From a virus (Duplodnaviria; Heunggongvirae; Uroviricota; Caudoviricetes), in IMG/VR virus record IMGVR_UViG_3300013307_000673: DNA of 64,000 bases; one strand, given 5' to 3'. The translations under genes and the position numbers were made by a program. Below are positions 38,327 to 46,449 of the stretch, one piece after another (position 1 is the first letter of the stretch; every line of letters starts with the position of its first letter). Under the pieces are notes generated by a model. The model did not search any database. It was not told the DNA's origin and worked only from the letters and a program-made list of their open reading frames with translations.

Positions 38327-39391
38327 ATGAAACACATAAGAGATATTTCTGTTAGGGCTGTTGCTTCATCGGTATTATTTATTTTTTCATTTTATGCATT
38401 TATTCCTTTTGTATTTTATTTAACCGGAGATATATCAACATCTCTGATATTATTTTCCGCTATTCCTTTTCTGCTATTACCTGCATCACTTTTTATTCGG
38501 CATTACATTACGGTTAATCTGATTAACCCATTATCCTTATTACGTAAAGATATTCATAACCTCAGCAACAAAGACTTCTGTAAGAGCGCATTTTGCTCTC
38601 CTGATCTTGATGTAGTCAGAGAAATGTTAAGCCAATGGGCAACTCAGCAGCAGGAAGCCTCACAGCGTCTTAATGACAGTCTTATCTCACTGGATAAAGG
38701 TAATCTCGCGCTACTCTCCAGAAATGAAACACAGAGCCGCGCTGTTGAGAAAACCGCATATAATGTCAATGAGCTTTATCAGGTCGCCTCACACAACGAA
38801 CAGGAGTCCAATCAGGCCTTTTCATTGGCTTCTATGACACTTGCTGGTGTTCAGGAGGCCATAGAGAATGTTTCACTTATGACAAACTCTACAAGCACTA
38901 TAAAGGACCAGTCTTTGGAGATTAAAAAGATATCAGACTTTATCAGTGAGATGGCCTTTAAAACAAACTTACTTTCATTGAACGCCTCAATTGAAGCCGC
39001 AAGAGCGGGCGATCATGGCAGAGGCTTTTCTGTTGTAGCCAATGAAGTGAGATTGCTGGCTAAAAGTTGTGCTGATTCCGCTCAGGAAATCAAGGCGCTT
39101 GTGAATGATACCTCCTCTCAAATAGAAGATACATTCAAACTGAATAATAAAAACGCGGCTTATATCCATGAAATGCTTACGATGATAGAGAGAACTAATG
39201 TGGCGCTTTCTACGATTAGCACATCATCCAAAGAACAACGCATGAAAATAGAATGTATGAAGAACTCTATTGATAATATTATTATGGCGGTTTACGAAAA
39301 TACAACTTACTCCGAGGAAACTGCTAAGATATTAAACAATATTCGACATGATCTTGATGATATTGAAAAGGAGCATAAAAAGGCCGCATAA
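38327..39391 (+). CDS. Methyl-accepting chemotaxis protein (MCP) signalling-domain protein, 354 aa, with an N-terminal two-helix membrane hairpin and no periplasmic sensor.
   Basis: Near-perfect MCP highly-conserved-domain signature FKTNLLSLNASIEAARAGDHGRGFSVVANEVRLLA. Two adjacent TM helices at residues 10-58. Confidence 0.75.
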   Translation: MKHIRDISVRAVASSVLFIFSFYAFIPFVFYLTGDISTSLILFSAIPFLLLPASLFIRHYITVNLINPLSLLRKDIHNLSNKDFCKSAFCSPDLDVVREMLSQWATQQQEASQRLNDSLISLDKGNLALLSRNETQSRAVEKTAYNVNELYQVASHNEQESNQAFSLASMTLAGVQEAIENVSLMTNSTSTIKDQSLEIKKISDFISEMAFKTNLLSLNASIEAARAGDHGRGFSVVANEVRLLAKSCADSAQEIKALVNDTSSQIEDTFKLNNKNAAYIHEMLTMIERTNVALSTISTSSKEQRMKIECMKNSIDNIIMAVYENTTYSEETAKILNNIRHDLDDIEKEHKKAA

Positions 39392-39422
39392 AAAAAGCCT
39401 CGTCAGAGGCTTTTGTTTTTAT
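39391..39422. terminator. Bidirectional intrinsic terminator (AGCCTC-GTCA-GAGGCT).
   Basis: GC stem with a T-run, between convergent genes. Confidence 0.7.
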
Positions 39423-39889
39423 TAAATATCTTCCAGCATATCCGGCGAAACAAATCCCATATAGTCTTCAATGTCGCTGATCGAGATGACAGACCACACC
39501 TTTCCGAACATGGTAATATCACCACCATAAGATACGTGCTCACCTTTAAGGTAATCAATCTTTCCGCCTGCGGTATTTACAGAGACATCCTCTTTTATCT
39601 TCTTATAACGATCCTTCTCTTGAGGCTCAACGGGGAGAAAAGTTGGCTCAGCCACATTCAGCTTTACACGTTCTGCGCTGATGAAGTTTCGATAGCCATA
39701 GTCGCCATCAAAATCGCGCTCAGGACCAAACTGGTCTTTAACCATACGTTTGCCGTCAATATCACCGATCCACGCTACAAACGCTTCCCGCAGCTTCTGA
39801 GGGCCTACCTTATCGGTACATAGCTTTTGTGTTGCCCAGGCTGGCGAACCAACAAAATCTTTTTCAGTGCCTGAAATATATTTCCACAT
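39422..39889 (-). CDS. Hypothetical protein, 155 aa.
   Basis: Complete ORF. The overlapping plus-strand ORF 39413..39823 is rejected. Confidence 0.5.
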   Translation of the reverse strand: MWKYISGTEKDFVGSPAWATQKLCTDKVGPQKLREAFVAWIGDIDGKRMVKDQFGPERDFDGDYGYRNFISAERVKLNVAEPTFLPVEPQEKDRYKKIKEDVSVNTAGGKIDYLKGEHVSYGGDITMFGKVWSVISISDIEDYMGFVSPDMLEDI

Positions 39890-39906
39890 AGATAACTCCT
39901 TATTTG

Positions 39907-40548
39907 TTAGGAAAAACGCTCAACAGTAAAACCATTTACCTGCTTGCCTGTAGCCAGCATCTCACTCATACGGCGACGAGGAATGCGAAGCTGAGCGGCA
40001 CATACTGAAACACTTTCAAAGGCGGCATAAAACTTTCCGTTCCTCATCACTTTTACAGATTTCTTTATGGCGGCTCCCATGCTACCCTTTTTAACTAACT
40101 CAAGGTTTTCAAGCTTACAGTTCCACCAGTTGCCATCTTTAAGGCGAACAGTGTATGCTTTCATTGAATCACCTTCGGGAAGCAGAAAAACTTTCGCCAT
40201 CAATACTGCTAATGCGATAGAAGACGATTTGTGGAAACGGGTACAGCAGCTAAACGTCTTTACCTTACGAACAGAATCGCCTCTTACACCCCAAGAATGA
40301 GTAATTTTATCCGCTTTGACAATCATGCCATCTTGAGTGGCCCAATATTCAGTCAGCACACCTTTCATAAACACGCGGCCCATAGCTTTTGAACGGCAAT
40401 CAAGAATCCCCTGACGCATTTCATTCGTATAGGTATTATGAGTTTTGAGAGCGGAAATACGGTTTTCTTCTTTTTCAGCCAAAACCTGACCAAAAGATTC
40501 AGCTTTCTCGCAGAACTGAGTAAAGTCTTTTTTCTCAAAATAACGCAT
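39907..40548 (-). CDS. Homing-endonuclease-like protein: HNH(AP2-type)-like core, apparently degenerate, plus a C-terminal NUMOD1 DNA-binding motif. About 213 aa.
   Basis: C-terminus GKFYAAFESVSVCAAQLRIPRRRMSEMLATGKQVNGFTVERF fits the NUMOD1 pattern (F.S..AA..LGI......L.GK...GF). Upstream block ...AYTVRLKDGNWWNCKLENLEL resembles the VNHIDGNK.NN..NLE motif of HNH_3, with the His replaced. Start moved to the ATG at 40548 (AGAGATAAGACG RBS). Confidence 0.4.
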   Translation of the reverse strand: MRYFEKKDFTQFCEKAESFGQVLAEKEENRISALKTHNTYTNEMRQGILDCRSKAMGRVFMKGVLTEYWATQDGMIVKADKITHSWGVRGDSVRKVKTFSCCTRFHKSSSIALAVLMAKVFLLPEGDSMKAYTVRLKDGNWWNCKLENLELVKKGSMGAAIKKSVKVMRNGKFYAAFESVSVCAAQLRIPRRRMSEMLATGKQVNGFTVERFS

Positions 40549-40653
40549 CGTCTTATCTCTTAGTTGTTCATCACAATATGAGAACATCATAACAAACAAT
40601 GACAACATGCGCAAGGGTTTTTACTAAAAAACCGCCCGAAGGCGGCTTATCTT

Positions 40654-40902
40654 TTACTCATCCCATTCCTGACTTTTCAGTTGCGCCTCTGCTTTTTGAC
40701 GCTCTTTGCGATCTTCAGCTTCGATAAACTCCTTGCCATAAACAGGGAGCTTAACTTGGAGGTTTTTACGTAGCTTTTCTACTCCACATGAAAAACTCAC
40801 CAGACCTTCGCCAACATAGTGGCAGACACGCTCAGTAAGGTAAAGTGGCACCAGAATAACACCACGATGCATATTCTTTACGACAATCCAAAACCAATTC
40901 AT
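40654..40902 (-). CDS. Hypothetical protein, 82 aa.
   Basis: Complete ORF with RBS. Terminator 40621-40650 downstream. Confidence 0.45.
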   Translation of the reverse strand: MNWFWIVVKNMHRGVILVPLYLTERVCHYVGEGLVSFSCGVEKLRKNLQVKLPVYGKEFIEAEDRKERQKAEAQLKSQEWDE

Positions 40903-40949
40903 TTGAAACGCTCCTTATAAAACAAGGCGGTTTTTAGCCGCCCTGTAGA

Positions 40950-41282
40950 TCAATAACTGTAGTCGTCGTTGCACTCTTTAACAGTGACGTTGTGCAAGCT
41001 ACCGTCTTCCATCGTCTCGATTGAGTTTTTCAACACGCAGCCATCAGAGGTTTTTTGCTGCTGTTGCGCGTTGTAATCCTGATTCTGACGAACTGGCTCA
41101 AGTGGTTCTGTGCTGCTACCAGAAGAACGCCCCATCATATAACCTACGGCTGCAGCACCGCCAGCGATAGCCAGATGCTTAGTCCATGACGAGGATTTAG
41201 AACGTGAGCGAGATTTCGCATCAGCCGCTACTGAAGTCAGAGCCAACACAGCCGCTAGAGCAACAACAATCATTTTTTTCAT
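40950..41282 (-). CDS. Small secreted Gly/Ser-rich protein, 110 aa. Start moved to MKKMIVVALAAV.
   Basis: AAGGAAAAAC RBS before the ATG at 41282. Signal peptide MKKMIVVALAAVLALTSVAADA. The tabled N-terminal extension would overlap the upstream gene. Confidence 0.5.
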   Translation of the reverse strand: MKKMIVVALAAVLALTSVAADAKSRSRSKSSSWTKHLAIAGGAAAVGYMMGRSSGSSTEPLEPVRQNQDYNAQQQQKTSDGCVLKNSIETMEDGSLHNVTVKECNDDYSY

Positions 41283-41359
41283 GTTTTTCCTTAGAGAAGA
41301 AAGAAGTATTATCAGAGACGTAGTATAGTTGAACTTACGCCTCTGCACAAGAGATTTTA

Positions 41360-41698
41360 TTAGTTTTGACGACGGCACTCGTTAACCAGAACAACGCGAG
41401 AGCTACCATTCCAGTCAGTTTGCTGATAGCGGCGCACGGGGCAACCATCATTCGTGAAATACGCAATAGACGGATCCTGATTCATTTGCATCTGCTGCTG
41501 GCGTTGACGCTGCTCATAGCGATAGTTATCATTACGGCGGCTGTCATTGCGATTATCATTATTATCTGACATCTTAGAGCCAATCACATATCCAGCAATC
41601 GCACCGATAGCGCCATAAATAACCGCTTCTTTAGTAGAAGCCTGAGCAGAAGATACACACAGAACAGCACCAACAACGATAGCAATCAGTTTTTTCAT
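41360..41698 (-). CDS. Small secreted protein, about 112 aa. Start moved to MKKLIAIVVGAVL.
   Basis: Signal peptide ending AQAS. AGGA RBS 9 nt before the ATG at 41698. N/R/Q-rich middle region. Confidence 0.5.
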   Translation of the reverse strand: MKKLIAIVVGAVLCVSSAQASTKEAVIYGAIGAIAGYVIGSKMSDNNDNRNDSRRNDNYRYEQRQRQQQMQMNQDPSIAYFTNDGCPVRRYQQTDWNGSSRVVLVNECRRQN

Positions 41699-41835
41699 TT
41701 TCGTCATTCCTGCGAGAGTTTTTAGGTAAGGTTCACTTCAATAAAGACAGTATACTCTTAACACCGATCATGCACAAGCTATTTATTGTCATTTTAAAAT
41801 AAAAAAAAGACCGCTCGAAGCGGCCCTTTTATTTA

Positions 41836-42108
41836 TTACATAAGTTTGTGTCCATTGACATCTACAGAGACGATGCCTTTTCCACCTTGCTTTTTACTTT
41901 CAGAAACAGCCGCAATCAGCTCGTTGATACTGGCTTTTTTACAGATGGTATTGGTTTTACCCAATGAGCCATCCGCATTCTTTTCCTGAACAACGTTACA
42001 CTGGTTTACACCGATCAGTGCATTGTCGATCTTTTTATCGCAGCCCGATACAGCAACAGTAGCAGCCAGAGTAAACAGGATAGCAGCAAAAGTAGAGTTT
42101 TTCATGTT
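41836..42108 (-). CDS. Small lipoprotein, about 90 aa. Start moved to MKNSTFAAILFTLAATVAVSGC.
   Basis: Lipobox VSGC after a hydrophobic signal sequence. Terminator 41801-41830 downstream. Confidence 0.5.
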   Translation of the reverse strand, partial: NMKNSTFAAILFTLAATVAVSGCDKKIDNALIGVNQCNVVQEKNADGSLGKTNTICKKASINELIAAVSESKKQGGKGIVSVDVNGHKLM

Positions 42109-42191
42109 ATTCCTTGATATAGGTGATTTCGTTTCAGTGAGAAGAGTATAGCGATTATTGATATTATGCACAAGCTTTTTCTTTATTTATT

Positions 42192-42281
42192 TGGCGGTGA
42201 AGGAGGGATTCGAACCCTCGGCGCGGTTGTCCACGCTCCGTCTTAGCAGGACGGTGTATTAAGCCTCTCTACCACTTCACC
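42192..42281 (-). tRNA. tRNA-Ser (anticodon GCT), type II with long variable arm, CCA encoded.
   Basis: Manual fold: acceptor GGTGAAG/CTTCACC, anticodon stem CCGTC/GACGG with loop CTGCTAA, T-arm GAGGGTTCGAATCCCTC. Confidence 0.7.
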
Positions 42282-42353
42282 ATTAATCGATCAGTAAGAG
42301 AATACGTTGGCATGACATATCTCTTACTCAATTTACGCAGAGCGTATATTGTT

Positions 42354-42439
42354 TGGTGCCTCAGATCAGACTCGAACTGGTATAGCCATAAGCTGAGGGA
42401 TTTTAAATCCCTTGTGTCTACCGATTTCACCACTGAGGC
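42354..42439 (-). tRNA. tRNA-Leu (anticodon TAA), type II.
   Basis: Acceptor GCCTCAG/CTGAGGC, D-arm GGTGAAATCGGTAGACAC, anticodon stem AGGGA/TCCCT with loop TTTAAAA. One C-A mismatch in the T-stem. Confidence 0.65.
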
Positions 42440-42652
42440 ATTAAAAGGAAGTTGCAGCTTCCTTTTTAGGTTAACTTGTTCCGCCGACTATACAAGTTTA
42501 AATAGTGAATGATAAAGGCTTATCAATTATTTCAAACTCAGCTTAGAAAGCGATATTAGGCCTCTTTCTTAAAACAGCTCAGTCCCGATTGATTACGGTT
42601 TCAAACGCAGTAAATTACTTGTTGTCATACAGCGCTGTAGGCTCGCATAACT

Positions 42653-42728
42653 GGCGCATCCTATAGGATTCGAACCTATGACCTACGGCTTAGAAGGCCG
42701 TTGCTCTATCCTGCTGAGCTAAGGAAGC
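42653..42728 (-). tRNA. tRNA-Arg (anticodon TCT), copy 1.
   Basis: Canonical cloverleaf: GCTTCCTTAGCTCAGCAGGATAGAGCAACGGCCTTCTAAGCCGTAGGTCATAGGTTCGAATCCTATAGGATGCGCCA. Confidence 0.75.
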
Positions 42729-42767
42729 AATATTATCTTACGCTCTATACCGCGTTTCGATGTAGTA

Positions 42768-42796
42768 ATAATAGCAAAGACGACCTTTCAGTACAA
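42768..42796 (-). promoter_or_regulatory. Conserved tRNA promoter (TTGTAC-N17-TATTAT) upstream of tRNA-Arg copy 1.
   Basis: Hexamers with 17-nt spacing about 40 nt upstream of the tRNA 5' end. The same -35 octamer GTTGTACT recurs at five other tRNA loci. Confidence 0.55.
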
Positions 42797-42878
42797 CACT
42801 TTTCTCACTATTTTTAACTGACTGCAGACTTTTTGATCAATATGCAACAAAAAAGGAGGCTTGGCCTCCTTTCTCATT

Positions 42879-43199
42879 TTAATACCATGAATCATGTTGC
42901 TCTTTCGATCTATCGTAGACTTTGCCTATGAAAATTTTGAAGATTTTTTCTTCTTCTTCATCCATTTCTCTTGATTGTCTGCCTATTACCACTCGACTTT
43001 TTCCTTTCTCTGAAAGCAAAAAGCAAATCTCTGGCTCTATGCGGACATTTATCTGTATAGAAAAAGGACAGAACTCCATTATACACAAATACTTTGACTC
43101 ATATCCTTCAAAATCAAAAATTACAGGATCATAGTTATTTCTCAGCAAATCAGCACTTTCTTCAATGAACATTAACTCTTTTTTGATTAACTCTTTCAT
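42879..43199 (-). CDS. Hypothetical protein, 106 aa.
   Basis: Complete ORF with GGAGAAAGATATG RBS. Terminator 42850-42875 downstream. Confidence 0.45.
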   Translation of the reverse strand: MKELIKKELMFIEESADLLRNNYDPVIFDFEGYESKYLCIMEFCPFSIQINVRIEPEICFLLSEKGKSRVVIGRQSREMDEEEEKIFKIFIGKVYDRSKEQHDSWY

Positions 43200-43450
43200 A
43201 TCTTTCTCCTATTTAGTTTATATTAAAACAGGATTTTGATTTGCTTTTATATTAAACCTTACAGCATTTCTTTTGTCAAAACTTTCTCTTTAAAACAAGA
43301 AAAGCCACCCGAAGGTGGCTCTCTGCTATTCTTTGTGGCTTCATATCCACCTCAATCCGCCTAATAGCATCAGCAAGACGAGTTCAAATACTGCTTTCCA
43401 CTTTACGGCTGTAGACGCCTATTCCTCAATATTCATCATATAAAATTATC

Positions 43451-43577
43451 AATAAGTTTTTAAATATCTAGTGCTCTACCAGCAATCAGACACACTTTTA
43501 CGTGTCCGGCTACATTCGACTTAACGGTATGCGAATGGTCTTAGCTACTATCACTGAGAACTGGACACCAACCAGTC
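43451..43577. repeat. Copy 1 of a roughly 127-bp direct repeat in a 690-bp non-coding stretch. It contains an imperfect hairpin closed by GTGTCC...GGACAC with inner CATTCG/CGAATG.
   Basis: About 88% identical to 43671..43796. No ORF. Segments resemble tRNA D-arm (GCTGGTAGAGCAC) and acceptor sequences, but no cloverleaf can be folded. Confidence 0.55.
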
Positions 43578-43670
43578 CAAATATCTGCTCTCCCCCTTTG
43601 TTAGTTAAATTCACTCTATGATTTACGGCTCATAGCAGCCTTAAACTCGTTATCAATATAAGATCATCTA

Positions 43671-43796
43671 TAGGTTTTTCAAATATCTAGTGCTCTACCA
43701 ATAATCAGATACACTTTTACGTATCCGGCTACATTCGACTTAAGGGTATGCGAATGATCTTAGCTACTATTATCGAGAACTGGACACCAACCAGCT
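43671..43796. repeat. Copy 2 of the roughly 127-bp direct repeat (period 220 bp).
   Basis: Aligned by eye with copy 1. Substitutions break the outer stem without compensation. Confidence 0.55.
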
Positions 43797-43892
43797 CTTT
43801 TATCTAACCTCCTCTTTCTCATTAATATTCATCGCTTTGCTCAGCTTAGGCACTCATTATATCCAGTTCTCTCTTGCTGCACAAGCACTTTT

Positions 43893-44285
43893 TTATAAAA
43901 TTTTATTTTTTTTGAAATCAGCCAGCATTTCCCTGATTTCTTTAATCTTCTGCTCAATCTTTTTATTGAAAAGATCCGCAGAAACATTACCATGACCTGC
44001 TACACTTATCATCTGACGCGCTTCAATCTCCCTGATTACAAAGTTCATCATTCCAATAAGCAGGACGCGCTCACGGCCTTCAAACTCAGGCTTCTTGCTA
44101 TTTTCAAACGCGATATTCACTTTTTGAGCAATTACCTTAAGAGTTCTTTGATTCTGCTCCGCACGCCCTTTTAGCTCTGCAGAATCGTCAATCATGACGC
44201 TAACAATATCAGATTCCAGCTTTACCTTTTCAGCATATAAAGGAATCGCTTTATGAATCAATGCTACATTTTCTTGCGTTAACAT
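43893..44285 (-). CDS. Hypothetical protein, about 130 aa. Start moved to MLTQENV so that it does not overlap tRNA-Leu(CAA).
   Basis: AGAGGGAAATACT RBS before the ATG at 44285. The tabled start at 44384 lies inside the tRNA gene. Confidence 0.5.
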   Translation of the reverse strand: MLTQENVALIHKAIPLYAEKVKLESDIVSVMIDDSAELKGRAEQNQRTLKVIAQKVNIAFENSKKPEFEGRERVLLIGMMNFVIREIEARQMISVAGHGNVSADLFNKKIEQKIKEIREMLADFKKNKIL

Positions 44286-44303
44286 AGTATTTCCCTCTTT
44301 TAT

Positions 44304-44390
44304 TGGTGCCTCAGACCAGAATCGAACTGGTACGCCCGTGAAGGCGAGAGATTTTGAATCTCTTGTGTCTACCGATTTCACCACTGAGGC
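44304..44390 (-). tRNA. tRNA-Leu (anticodon CAA), type II.
   Basis: Acceptor GCCTCAG/CTGAGGC, anticodon stem AGAGA/TCTCT with loop TTCAAAA, T-arm ACCAGTTCGATTCTGGT. Confidence 0.75.
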
Positions 44391-44473
44391 AGTATAAAGA
44401 GTGTTTGGGGCACTCTTTAACTTATTACTTTACATCTTTAACCATAAACTAAGCAAAGGGATCAAGCTTTGCT

Positions 44474-44549
44474 GGTGGCCCCTGCTGGACTCGAACCAGC
44501 GACCAAGCGATTATGAGTCGCGTGCTCTAACCAACTGAGCTAAGGGGCC
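44474..44549 (-). tRNA. ileX: tRNA-Ile2/Met (anticodon CAT), near-identical to E. coli ileX.
   Basis: GGCCCCTTAGCTCAGTTGGTTAGAGCACGCGACTCATAATCGCTTGGTCGCTGGTTCGAGTCCAGCAGGGGCCACCA, about three differences from the E. coli tRNA-Ile2(LAU) as I recall it. Confidence 0.75.
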
Positions 44550-44562
44550 GTTTAATAAAGCC

Positions 44563-44591
44563 ATTATACCTATTCTTTTCTTTCAGTACAA
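44563..44591 (-). promoter_or_regulatory. Conserved tRNA promoter (TTGTAC-N17-TATAAT) upstream of tRNA-Ile/Leu(CAA).
   Basis: The -10 element ends about 13 nt before the tRNA 5' end. The -35 element lies within the conserved GTTGTACTGAAAG block. Confidence 0.6.
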
Positions 44592-44607
44592 CAGCTTTTT
44601 TGACTTT

Positions 44608-44946
44608 TTAACGCTCAATAAAAACTTTACCTTGATACCACGTGCCACAAAAACCTACCGAACCATTAGAAATATCGCATTCACGATAACTACCGTCACT
44701 CTGCTTTACCGGAAAACGTTGCCTTTGACTCCATGAACCACAAAAACCTACGGACCCATTAGAAATATCACAATCGTGATAACTACCGTCTGATCCTTGA
44801 ATTGGATATGCGTTTGCTTGCGCCCATGAACCACAAAAACCTACCGATCCATTAGAAATATCACATTCATATAAGGCAGCCATGCTTGAAAAGCTACATG
44901 TCATCAATGCTGCTATCAAAACTTGTTTCAGTAATTTCATTTTCAC
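44608..44946 (-). CDS. Small secreted Cys-rich protein, 112 aa, with three tandem 28-aa repeats (CDISNGSVGFCGSW).
   Basis: Signal peptide MKMKLLKQVLIAALMTCSFSSMAA. Three copies of (Y/H/R)(E/D)CDISNGSVGFCG(S/T)W.Q...(P/F)..(G/S)DGSY. Embedded between tRNA genes. Confidence 0.55.
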   Translation of the reverse strand: MKMKLLKQVLIAALMTCSFSSMAALYECDISNGSVGFCGSWAQANAYPIQGSDGSYHDCDISNGSVGFCGSWSQRQRFPVKQSDGSYRECDISNGSVGFCGTWYQGKVFIER

Positions 44947-44965
44947 CTCATGAGATTTATTGTTA

Positions 44966-45042
44966 TGGCGCGTCCTATAGGATTCGAACCTATGACCTAC
45001 GGCTTAGAAGGCCGTTGCTCTATCCTGCTGAGCTAAGGACGC
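44966..45042 (-). tRNA. tRNA-Arg (anticodon TCT), copy 2.
   Basis: Identical to copy 1 except for two acceptor-stem positions (compensated). Confidence 0.75.
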
Positions 45043-45069
45043 AGTATGTTGTTCTCTCTCGATAAAACA

Positions 45070-45098
45070 ATCATAGCAAAGCAGATATTTAAGTACAA
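45070..45098 (-). promoter_or_regulatory. Conserved tRNA promoter (TTGTAC-N17-TATGAT) upstream of tRNA-Arg copy 2.
   Basis: Same architecture and flanking sequence (AGCAAAG...AGTACAAC) as the copy-1 locus, indicating a duplicated module. Confidence 0.55.
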
Positions 45099-45197
45099 CT
45101 GTTTTTTTGCTACTTTCGTTTAACCGCGTGTTTTTTGCTCAGGCATTATCTATATTCAGCACGCGTATGGTGTTCATACTGATATTTAAACACAATC

Positions 45198-45746
45198 TTA
45201 CTTCGCTTTAACCGCAAACTTTTCAGACAGTTTATCCGCCATAGATTTTTTGCTTAAGGAAGCGCGAACCACAGAAATATCTGTTGTGATTTTTCCTTCG
45301 TGTCGGAGGTTTTCAGCTATATCCAGGACATCAGAGAGATAAACATCACCGGATAAAAAGCGAGAAAACTCCTGCTCCAGATAAACCTCAAGCGTTGCAT
45401 GTGCATTAACATGCGAAGCTTTCATATAAAAGTTATAGACGCGATCAAAGTTGCTATGAAGGTAACCACGAAGCCCTCTCATATTTAGAGAAGAATCCTT
45501 TTTACTGGATAGTGAAAAAATATCAAATTCGCCATCATGAGATACTGAAAGCTTTTCAAAATCAAAATAATTCCAAGAACCAGACTCAGGATGATGAAGC
45601 TCAACACAGTCAATCACATCATTAAGATGATCAACTTCTTTCTCAATAGCCTCTTTCGTACAATGACGAGTAGCTATAATTGTTTTGGTCTCACCCTCAC
45701 AATCGAAGCCGACAATATGCTGAATAATAAATAAAGATTTTTCCAT
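45198..45746 (-). CDS. Hypothetical protein, 182 aa.
   Basis: Complete ORF with RBS. Confidence 0.5.
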   Translation of the reverse strand: MEKSLFIIQHIVGFDCEGETKTIIATRHCTKEAIEKEVDHLNDVIDCVELHHPESGSWNYFDFEKLSVSHDGEFDIFSLSSKKDSSLNMRGLRGYLHSNFDRVYNFYMKASHVNAHATLEVYLEQEFSRFLSGDVYLSDVLDIAENLRHEGKITTDISVVRASLSKKSMADKLSEKFAVKAK

Positions 45747-45781
45747 AATTCCTCTGAGAAAAAGTGGTTATCAAAAAAAGC

Positions 45782-46123
45782 TTAAACTTCGAATACGCCT
45801 TTAAAATCTGGATGAGACAAGCCCGGAACCTGCTCTTCAGTTAAGCCCACAGCTTTCGCAAGCACAACGCAGGCATGAGCTACATCAACCATATCTGATG
45901 ACCAGAACTCTACCAAAAGCCAATCATTGGAATCGCCTTGAATGTATGGCTTTGCATTCTCACAATCTGATGAAGCAACCGCCGCTTTCACAGCAAGCTT
46001 TTGATCTTCATTCAGACCTTGAAACTGAATATTGGTTGCTTTATCGCAGAACTCACCACGGGCAAATACCGCAGCATGAGGTTGACCAATGACAACTTTT
46101 GATGGAGATACAAACTTATCCAT
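45782..46123 (-). CDS. Hypothetical protein, 113 aa.
   Basis: Complete ORF. The antisense ORF 45898..46092 is rejected. Confidence 0.5.
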   Translation of the reverse strand: MDKFVSPSKVVIGQPHAAVFARGEFCDKATNIQFQGLNEDQKLAVKAAVASSDCENAKPYIQGDSNDWLLVEFWSSDMVDVAHACVVLAKAVGLTEEQVPGLSHPDFKGVFEV

Positions 46124-46133
46124 TTAAGGCCTC

Positions 46134-46346
46134 TTAATAATCGTCTTCAAAACGTGAACGCGCAGGGAACGCGAAAAAAGAAATCACAGCATAGCTAATC
46201 ATATAAACAAAGCTCAGCACGTAAAGCGCAAATGCCAGTGTCTCAGCTCCTTTATGATCTACAGAAGGAACAAAAGGAAAACTAACGGTCTTCAAAAAAC
46301 CTATTACATAGGCCAGACAAATGAGGAAAAGGATAAATTTTTTCAT
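46134..46346 (-). CDS. Small membrane protein, 70 aa, with two TM helices.
   Basis: Hydrophobic stretches FILFLICLAYVIGFL and LAFALYVLSFVYMISYAVISFFAF. Confidence 0.45.
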   Translation of the reverse strand: MKKFILFLICLAYVIGFLKTVSFPFVPSVDHKGAETLAFALYVLSFVYMISYAVISFFAFPARSRFEDDY

Positions 46347-46449
46347 TACAACCTCTTAACCATGCTCGTTTTCAATAAGTTAAGTATAGCAAAAGACAAT
46401 ATCTTACACAAGCAAAATGTTGTCTTTATTTTAGATAATAATGGAACTT

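Noticed and set aside
40950-41378. Tabled 142-aa extent (MPSSKLIK...).
   Set aside because: The extension overlaps the upstream gene by 19 nt and lacks an RBS. The internal MKKMIVV start has an AAGGA RBS and begins a signal peptide.
42312-42512. 66-aa plus-strand ORF.
   Set aside because: Lies entirely over tRNA-Leu(TAA) and its flank on the opposite strand. No RBS. An artefact of the tRNA sequence.
43893-44384. Tabled 163-aa extent of this ORF.
   Set aside because: The first 33 codons overlap tRNA-Leu(CAA). A well-placed RBS supports the internal start at 44285.
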